From Bacillota bacterium (GTDB lineage Bacteria; Bacillota; Clostridia; Lachnospirales; Lachnospiraceae): DNA of 64,000 nt. This document shows, one piece after another, positions 58,132 through 64,000 of the stretch. The stretch is from contig JAEXAX010000034.1 of NCBI GenBank assembly GCA_023458035.1, forward strand, positions 55,399 to 119,398. Reading direction: 5' to 3'. Position 1 is the stretch's first letter. Every line of letters starts with the position of its first letter. The translations under genes were made by a program, and so were the position numbers. The notes beneath the pieces are model-generated. The model was not told the origin of the DNA. It made no database searches and saw only the letters and a list, made by a program, of their open reading frames with translations.

Positions 58132-59502
58132 ATGAAACAAAAAAATATGGGAGAGTCGATGACAGACAGATTGTCATTTGAAACAGAGCAACAGGAGACC
58201 TTTATTGTCTGCCGCTTATATTCGGAAGAGAAGACGGAGCCCGGTCTGGTCGAGCTTTTGAGGCGACAGGAGCTGGCCGGGATCGCCGGGCTGGCAGCCT
58301 GTCAGACCGGAGTGGAGCCGATCCTGCGGTTTCGGCTGCACGGCCGTGTGCCGTTATCAGCCCGGCTGCGTGACAGCCTAAGCCGGCAGCAGCTACAGCA
58401 GATCATCGGCGCTCTGGCGACCATCTGCAGCAGTCTGGAGGATTATCTGTTGGATCCGCAATGGCTGATCTTGGATGAAAATTATCTGTTTGTGGTCGAT
58501 CGGAACGAAAACAGAGGATTGGAGATAGGCGGACAAAGCGGGGAAAACATAGGTATAGAACTGGAAGCTGTTTATCTGCCGCTGGTGAAGCGGTCGGAAA
58601 AAGAAATGCAGGCGCAGGCCGGCGGCTCGACTGCTGTCATCGGTAAAACATTTGATCCGTTGGGGGAATTTCTGCGCCGACTATTGCCGGGCCTGCGGTT
58701 AGCAGATCAGGAAGGTCTGATGCTATGGGCCGGGTTGATGCAGTTCGTACACAGTCGGGCGGTAATTGCTCCGGCAGAGCTGCTTGACTTGATAGTAGAC
58801 TGCGAAAAGATTGCTGATATGACAGTTCGGACATCCCCGAATGTATCCGAAATCCCGCAGCGGCAGGAGCGCAGGGAGGACATTCAGCGTCAATGTCGGG
58901 ACTTTTACCGGGCCGAACAGACTCCGGCGGTGCCGACGCCCGAGAAGAGCGGAGGGAGTCTGAGAGGGCAGCGGCTGAGAGGGCGGTGGCCGGGACTGAA
59001 AACAATATGGTCGAAACTAAGTGCCCTTCGGCCGGGACGAAAGCGGACGGAAATCCAAAAAACGGCTTCTATATCAGATTGGTTGGAGACAGGGGCAGTT
59101 GGCAGTACTGAAACTATGCTGCTGCATGACAGTTATCTGATTGGAGGTTCGGCAGCCCGGCTGGTGCGGGAGAGGACCCATGAATGTTTTTTACTGGACA
59201 AGCCGAAGCAGCGGTTGGGCAAAGGGAGTCGCGGGGTGGATATCCTGATCGAAAATAATGCTTCCATCAGTCGTTGCCATGCAGAGGTCAGGCTGGAAGC
59301 AGGCGGCTATACACTGACCGATTTGGCCTCTACCAATCATACTTATGTGAACGGTCGGCGACTGTCGCCGCACAAATCGGAGCCGATCCGGCCGGGGGAC
59401 GTGATTCGGCTGGCCGATGAGGATTTTTATTTTCGGGAAGGGGTTGGGAAATTCACTGATTCTTCACAAGGAATGCAAACATTGAACACAAAGCCCTGTT
59501 AA
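58132..59502 (+). CDS. FHA-domain protein (C-terminal FHA; N-terminal ~330 aa unassigned)
   Basis: C-terminal LGKGSRGVDILIENNASISRCHAEV...LTDLASTNHTYVNGRRL is a canonical FHA core. Confidence 0.7.
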   Translation: MKQKNMGESMTDRLSFETEQQETFIVCRLYSEEKTEPGLVELLRRQELAGIAGLAACQTGVEPILRFRLHGRVPLSARLRDSLSRQQLQQIIGALATICSSLEDYLLDPQWLILDENYLFVVDRNENRGLEIGGQSGENIGIELEAVYLPLVKRSEKEMQAQAGGSTAVIGKTFDPLGEFLRRLLPGLRLADQEGLMLWAGLMQFVHSRAVIAPAELLDLIVDCEKIADMTVRTSPNVSEIPQRQERREDIQRQCRDFYRAEQTPAVPTPEKSGGSLRGQRLRGRWPGLKTIWSKLSALRPGRKRTEIQKTASISDWLETGAVGSTETMLLHDSYLIGGSAARLVRERTHECFLLDKPKQRLGKGSRGVDILIENNASISRCHAEVRLEAGGYTLTDLASTNHTYVNGRRLSPHKSEPIRPGDVIRLADEDFYFREGVGKFTDSSQGMQTLNTKPC

Positions 59503-59601
59503 TATATAACCATAAACAGAACAGCCAAATCTGTTTAGACATTTCTTTTCATTACGATCCCAGTTTTCCCCTAAATCTGGGATTCTCCTTCGAAAATTGA
59601 C
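59481..59601 (+). repeat. Structured intergenic repeat, copy 1 (two hairpins plus a CUCCUU tail)
   Basis: Aligns along its length with 59704-59821. Hairpins AAACAGA/TCTGTTT and ATCCCAG/CTGGGAT. Confidence 0.7.
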
Positions 59602-59602
59602 G

Positions 59603-59646
59603 AGGAAGCCGCTTAGAGAACCGCAACCATCTCTAAGCGGCTTCCT
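59603..59646. repeat. Perfect 17-bp inverted repeat (hairpin) between the two repeat copies
   Basis: AGGAAGCCGCTTAGAGA (59603-59619) / TCTCTAAGCGGCTTCCT (59630-59646), 10-nt loop. No T-tract follows on the + strand. Confidence 0.8.
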
Positions 59647-59703
59647 GTGTGGCGGGAAATAAAAAAACAAAGTGTTCACGAAATCTTCATAGAGATAGCA
59701 AGA

Positions 59704-59821
59704 TTTGTACACATTTACTTGCTAATATAGCATCATAAACAGTAAGCCAAACTGTTTATAATTTCTTTTTCATTACGATCCTAGGTTTCCCCTAAATCTA
59801 GGATCCTCCTTCGAACATGAC
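59704..59821 (+). repeat. Structured intergenic repeat, copy 2
   Basis: Hairpins ATAAACAG/CTGTTTAT and GATCCTAG/CTAGGATC. Relative to copy 1, C->T and G->A changes preserve the pairing. Confidence 0.7.
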
Positions 59822-59857
59822 ATGAGCAGATCAGTAAGCTGAACTGCTCATTTTTTA
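59822..59857 (+). terminator. Rho-independent terminator following repeat copy 2
   Basis: ATGAGCAG/CTGCTCAT stem followed by TTTTTT. Confidence 0.7.
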
Positions 59858-59947
59858 TACAGTAAATTTTGGACTGTGCTGTTGAAGTGCCGGGAGGTAG
59901 CGGCTTGACATTGCATAAAAATGTATGTTATTCTATAACATAATAGG

Positions 59948-60199
59948 ATAAAGATAGAGGTGCATTATCTCATCAGTAAGGATACATTGACAGGCTTTCA
60001 CAAAGCTATGATGATTCGGAAAGGGGGAGATGCCGAAGCGGACCCAGGTGCACGGTCCTGCTGGGCAAACAAATAAGATTTGTTTGCTTGTCGCATAGAG
60101 TTGTATGCGGAGCGCTATCGTATTCAAACTGTAACAGCGGGGCAGCAAACTGTCCCGGATGAAGGATATGAATAGCCGGTGCATAGCATCGGTTTTTTT
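59948..60199 (+). promoter_or_regulatory. Lysine riboswitch (L-box) with expression-platform terminator, upstream of dapA
   Basis: L-box blocks ATAGAGGTGC, CAGTAAGG, GGAAAGGGGGAGATGCCGAAGC, GGAGCGCTAT and AACTGTCCCGG. Terminator CCGGTGC-ata-GCATCGG followed by T7 at 60176-60199. Promoter TTGACA at 59905-59910. Confidence 0.8.
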
Positions 60200-60258
60200 G
60201 TTATTTTTTATGCATTTTGGTTTGGAATGGTCGGCCGTTCGACCGGAAAGGAGTTACC

Positions 60259-61149
60259 ATGAAAAAGGAGAGTATTTTTACCGGGGCTGCCACCGCATTG
60301 ATCACACCGTTGACAAAAGAGGGGGTGGACTATGGGGCGCTGGGACGACTGATCGACTGGCAGATCGAACAGGGGATCAATGCCCTGGTCATCTGTGGGA
60401 CAACCGGGGAAAGCTCCACCCTGACCGATGAGGAGCATCGGGAGGTGCTGCGCTACTCGGTGGAGCGGATTGCCGGCCGGGTACCGGTGATCGCCGGCAC
60501 CGGCTCCAATGATACGGCTTATGCCATTGATCTGACTCGTTTTGCCTGTGCGGCCGGCTGTGATGCAATGCTGGTGGTAACCCCGTATTATAATAAGGCG
60601 ACCCAGAAGGGACTGATCGCCATGTATGAGGCGGTTGCCGATGTTTCCGCCAAACCGGTGATCCTGTATAATGTACCGTCCAGAACGGGCTGTTCGATCG
60701 AACCGGCTACCTACTTAGAATTGGCTAAGCATCCGATGATCGCAGCAATCAAAGAAGCCAGTGGAAATATTTCCAAGATTATGGAAACTGCGGCGCTTGT
60801 CGGAGATCAGTTGGATCTGTACTCGGGCAATGATGATCAGATCGTTCCGCTGATGGCCTGCGGCGGCAAGGGGGTTATTTCGGTATTATCAAATATATTG
60901 CCAAAGGAAACGGCTGCCATTTGCGACGCCTTTCTGGACGGAGATACAAAGCGGGCGCTGCAGCTGCAAACAGCCTATCTGCCGCTGATCAACGCTTTGT
61001 TTAGCGAAGTAAATCCGATTCCGGTAAAGGCGGCTATGGCAGCCATGGGGTATTGCGAGGACTATTTGAGATTGCCGCTGACACCCATGGAGGATGAGCA
61101 TCGGGCAAAGCTGCTGGAGCAGATGCGTCTGGTCGGGCTGGCGGTGTAA
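60259..61149 (+). CDS. dapA: 4-hydroxy-tetrahydrodipicolinate synthase
   Basis: Family pattern (GAATALITP..., CGTTGES, YNVPSRTG, active-site K in AIKEASG). Confidence 0.9.
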   Translation: MKKESIFTGAATALITPLTKEGVDYGALGRLIDWQIEQGINALVICGTTGESSTLTDEEHREVLRYSVERIAGRVPVIAGTGSNDTAYAIDLTRFACAAGCDAMLVVTPYYNKATQKGLIAMYEAVADVSAKPVILYNVPSRTGCSIEPATYLELAKHPMIAAIKEASGNISKIMETAALVGDQLDLYSGNDDQIVPLMACGGKGVISVLSNILPKETAAICDAFLDGDTKRALQLQTAYLPLINALFSEVNPIPVKAAMAAMGYCEDYLRLPLTPMEDEHRAKLLEQMRLVGLAV

Positions 61150-61169
61150 GACAGACGGAGGAGAATGGT

Positions 61170-61907
61170 ATGAGGATTATTGTTAACGGAGCGGCCGGCC
61201 ATATGGGACAGCTGGTCTGTAAAAAAATAGAAGGCAGCAGGGAGGCGGGCGGTATTGCAGTCCGGGTTGACACCAAGGGCGGCGACGGCTGTATTACTGA
61301 CATTCGACAAAGCGGGCCGGCAGACTGCATCATTGATTTTTCGCATCATGAGGGGACCCGGGAGCTTTTGACCTATGCCATGGATCAAGGCCTGCCGCTG
61401 GTGCTGGCAACCACCGGTCATACCGATGAGGAACGGGCACAGATTCAGGCGGCCGCCAAACGGATTCCGCTGTTTTTCAGTGCCAATATGTCGCTCGGGG
61501 TGGCGGTGCTGGCAGATCTGGTGAAGCAGGCTGTGGCCATGTTTCCGGAGGCTGATATCGAGATCATCGAGCAGCACCATAGCAGAAAGCTCGATGTACC
61601 GAGCGGCACTGCTTTATTGCTGGCGAGGGCGGTCCGGGAGAGTCGGCCGCAGGCAACCCTTACCATTGGCCGCCATCGGCAGGGCAGAAGGGAGCCGGAC
61701 GAGATCGGTATTCACTCCCTGCGACTGGGCTCTGTGGTCGGCATTCACGAGGTGTTGATTCATACCGGCAGTCAAGTGTTGACTCTAAAGCATGAAGCGA
61801 CCGACCGCGGTTTGTTCGCTGACGGAGCGCTGGCGGCCGCGGCTTTTCTGGTGCAGCAGCCGGCCGGTCTGTATCAAATGGACGACTTGATTCAAGTAGG
61901 AGGATAA
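61170..61907 (+). CDS. dapB: 4-hydroxy-tetrahydrodipicolinate reductase
   Basis: Signature EQHHSRKLDVPSGTA. N-terminal NGAAGHMG. Confidence 0.9.
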   Translation: MRIIVNGAAGHMGQLVCKKIEGSREAGGIAVRVDTKGGDGCITDIRQSGPADCIIDFSHHEGTRELLTYAMDQGLPLVLATTGHTDEERAQIQAAAKRIPLFFSANMSLGVAVLADLVKQAVAMFPEADIEIIEQHHSRKLDVPSGTALLLARAVRESRPQATLTIGRHRQGRREPDEIGIHSLRLGSVVGIHEVLIHTGSQVLTLKHEATDRGLFADGALAAAAFLVQQPAGLYQMDDLIQVGG

Positions 61908-61912
61908 AACAG

Positions 61913-62896
61913 ATGATTAAAATAGGTATCGTGGGGTACGGCAACCTGGCCAGAGGAGTCGAAGCAGCCATTAGGCAGAATGCGGATATGGAATTGACCG
62001 CTGTCTTTACCAGACGGCGGCCGGAGCAGCTGATGCTGCAGACAGACGGGGTGCCGGTGGTTTCTCTGGATCGGGTGAGGGAATATAAAGATCGGATCGA
62101 TGTGCTGTTGGTGTGCGGAGGCAGTGCTTCTGATCTGCCGCAGATGACACCGGCGCTGGCGGAGGACTTTCATGTCATAGACAGCTTTGACACCCATGCC
62201 GATATCCCGCGCCATTTTGCGGCGGTTGATGAGGCTGCGTCAAAGAATGCTCATCTGGCATTGATTTCGGCTGGTTGGGATCCCGGACTGTTTTCCTTAA
62301 ACCGCTTATATGCCTCGGCCATCCTGCCGCAGGGTGTGACCTATACCTTCTGGGGAAAGGGTGTCAGCCAGGGGCATTCGGACGCTGTCAGACGAATACC
62401 GGGCGTGCTGGATGCCAGACAGTATACCATTCCGGCGGAAGAAGCCATGAGGCGGGTAAGAAACGGTGAACAGCCGGAGCTGACAACCCGTCAGAAACAT
62501 AGTCGTCTTTGCTATGTGGTAGCGGAGGAGGGGGCGGACAGGGCAGTCATCGAGCAGGCCATTGTGACCATGCCGAATTACTTTGCCGAGTATGATACGA
62601 CAGTATGTTTTGTATCGCAGCAGGAGCTGCTGCGCGACCATGCCGGCCTGCCGCATGGCGGCAGTGTGATCCACAGCGGCCGTACCGGTGTTGCACTCGA
62701 GCATAACCAGACCATCGAATACCGGCTGGAGCTGGATTCAAATCCCGAGTTTACCGCCTCTGTGCTGATCGCTTCAGCCAGAGCCTTGATGCGGATGACA
62801 CAGCGCGGCCGGAGCGGCTGTGTGACGATGTTTGATATCGCACCGGCTGATTTAAGCCCGTTGGATAGAAAGGAACTGTTGGCCCACATGTTATAG
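61913..62896 (+). CDS. ddh: meso-diaminopimelate D-dehydrogenase
   Basis: IGIVGYGNLARGV N-terminus, ~327 aa, DAPDH-like internal blocks (WDPGLFS, WGKGVSQGHSDA). Confidence 0.8.
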   Translation: MIKIGIVGYGNLARGVEAAIRQNADMELTAVFTRRRPEQLMLQTDGVPVVSLDRVREYKDRIDVLLVCGGSASDLPQMTPALAEDFHVIDSFDTHADIPRHFAAVDEAASKNAHLALISAGWDPGLFSLNRLYASAILPQGVTYTFWGKGVSQGHSDAVRRIPGVLDARQYTIPAEEAMRRVRNGEQPELTTRQKHSRLCYVVAEEGADRAVIEQAIVTMPNYFAEYDTTVCFVSQQELLRDHAGLPHGGSVIHSGRTGVALEHNQTIEYRLELDSNPEFTASVLIASARALMRMTQRGRSGCVTMFDIAPADLSPLDRKELLAHML

Positions 62897-62907
62897 GAGG
62901 AATGACT

Positions 62908-64000
62908 ATGATCTATGATAATCTTTCGATCGGTGCAAACGGTCATCTGCGGATTGCGGATTATGATGCAGCCATCCTGGCCAAGACCTTTAAAACACCT
63001 CTGATGGTGCTGGATGAGGAACGCGTTCGTGAGCGCTGCCGCCTGTACAGGCAAGCCATGGCAGAGGCTTTCCCGGCCGGCTCTTTTCCCCTTTATGCCA
63101 GTAAGGCCTTAAGCTTTATCCGCCTGTATGAGGTGATGGAGGAGGAACAAATGGGTGTCGATGTGGTCTCGGTCGGTGAACTCTATACTGCTATGCGGGC
63201 CGGTTTTCCGATGGATCGAGTCTTCTTTCACGGCAATAATAAAACTGATGAGGATATCGCCTACGGGCTGCAATACGGTATCGGCTACTTCGTTTGTGAT
63301 TCGCTGACAGAGCTGGCGGCGATCGAGGCTCAGATGAGCGGAGCGCGTCGTCAGAAGGTTTTGCTTAGATTGACACCGGGGATAGATCCGCATACGCATG
63401 AGAAAATTAATACAGGCCGTATCGATTCCAAATTCGGAGCAGCCATTGACACCGGCCAGGCCGAGGAATTATTGGCGGCAGCTTTGAAACTGACACATAT
63501 CGAGGTTTGCGGGTTTCATTGTCATATCGGATCTCAGATCTTTGACCATGAGCCGTTTTGTGAGGCGGTCATATTGATGCTGCGGTTTATGCGGCAGATG
63601 AAGGAGCGCTATGACTATATGGCAGAGTATCTGAACTTGGGCGGCGGTATGGCGGTTCCGTATACAAAGGATGATGCGAATATTGACTATGCTGCCAATA
63701 TCGCAGTCATCGGCAGCCTGTTGCGTGATGAATGCGCCCGGCTTGAGATGGAGATACCGAAGATCCTGATGGAGCCGGGACGGAGCATCGTGGCAGATGC
63801 CGGAACGACTATTTATACGGTCGGAACGACTAAAGAGATTCCGGGCTATAAGTCTTATGTGTCGGTAGATGGAGGTATGACGGATAATCCGCGCTATGCT
63901 CTTTATCAGTCTTCTTATACGATTTTACCGGCAACCCGCATGCTGGAGGAAAGAAGTATGACCTACACCGTGGCGGGGCGCTGCTGCGAGAGCGGGGATC
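62908..64000 (+). CDS. lysA: Diaminopimelate decarboxylase (3' end beyond the window)
   Basis: Not in the ORF track because it has no stop in the window. RBS AGGAGG and ATG at 62908. Translation MIYDNLSIGANGHL...LYASKAL (PLP Lys)...GFHCHIGSQI...EPGRSIVA...GRCCESGD. Confidence 0.85.
   Translation, partial: MIYDNLSIGANGHLRIADYDAAILAKTFKTPLMVLDEERVRERCRLYRQAMAEAFPAGSFPLYASKALSFIRLYEVMEEEQMGVDVVSVGELYTAMRAGFPMDRVFFHGNNKTDEDIAYGLQYGIGYFVCDSLTELAAIEAQMSGARRQKVLLRLTPGIDPHTHEKINTGRIDSKFGAAIDTGQAEELLAAALKLTHIEVCGFHCHIGSQIFDHEPFCEAVILMLRFMRQMKERYDYMAEYLNLGGGMAVPYTKDDANIDYAANIAVIGSLLRDECARLEMEIPKILMEPGRSIVADAGTTIYTVGTTKEIPGYKSYVSVDGGMTDNPRYALYQSSYTILPATRMLEERSMTYTVAGRCCESGD

Noticed and set aside
59464-59712. 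82-aa minus-strand ORF spanning the tandem repeats and the 17-bp hairpin.
   Set aside because: It runs through perfect hairpins and repeat units, has no RBS, and has a Cys/Phe/Leu-rich nonsense-like sequence. The region is better explained as structured non-coding DNA/RNA.
59482-59728. TTG(A/T)AC-N12-TAATAT boxes at the 5' end of each tandem repeat unit as sigma-70 promoters.
   Set aside because: The 12-nt spacer is far from the 16-18 nt optimum. The conservation is more simply part of the repeat itself. I kept it only as a note within the repeat finding.

Overview
This 64-kb window looks like the chromosome of a moderately GC-rich, Clostridia-like Gram-positive anaerobe. That assignment is an inference from PPKTG/VPGTG sorting signals, a HydABC-type [FeFe]-hydrogenase operon and an L-box riboswitch. 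Almost all core genes are on the + strand. In order they are: the 3' end of an Fe-S oxidoreductase gene, hypA and a membrane protein; a fucosylated host-glycan utilisation locus (1.9-20.6 kb) with a YesM/YesN-type two-component system, two solute-binding proteins, two ABC permeases, a GH29 alpha-L-fucosidase, a Gfo/Idh/MocA oxidoreductase and two very large paralogous wall-anchored glycosidases; csoR-copA copper resistance; central-metabolism and housekeeping genes (LMW-PTP, rhodanese, DUF853 ATPase, fumC, malic enzyme, kinase, 2-hydroxyacid dehydrogenase, MacB/FtsX-type ABC exporter); hydC/hydB/hydA; a decayed polyamine operon; glycan-priming genes (CapD-like dehydratase, DegT aminotransferase, sugar phosphotransferase); an FHA protein; and an L-box-controlled dapA-dapB-ddh-lysA operon. 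Two AT-rich accessory segments interrupt this backbone. The first (about 23.8-31.9 kb) is a heavily decayed mobile/defence island. It holds terminase, TfoX, serine-recombinase, HsdS and methyltransferase fragments, and it ends in the most interesting object in the window: an intact 658-aa retron-type reverse transcriptase with an N-terminal nucleoside-deoxyribosyltransferase-like module. Directly upstream of that gene is a 157-nt non-coding region with its own promoter, a 9-bp a1/a2-type inverted repeat followed by a G, and a GC-rich core, which fits a retron msr-msd candidate. The second segment (49.48-53.06 kb) is a 3.6-kb mobilisable element carrying an SGNH hydrolase, a MobA/MobL relaxase and a truncated large serine recombinase. 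It is inserted in frame into nspC and flanked by a 15-bp direct repeat. Other non-coding signals are an unclassified ~350-nt leader ending in a terminator upstream of the decayed polyamine genes, and two tandem ~120-nt structured repeats with a compensatory base-pair change between the FHA gene and the L-box. All functional calls come from motif recognition by eye. No database search was run.
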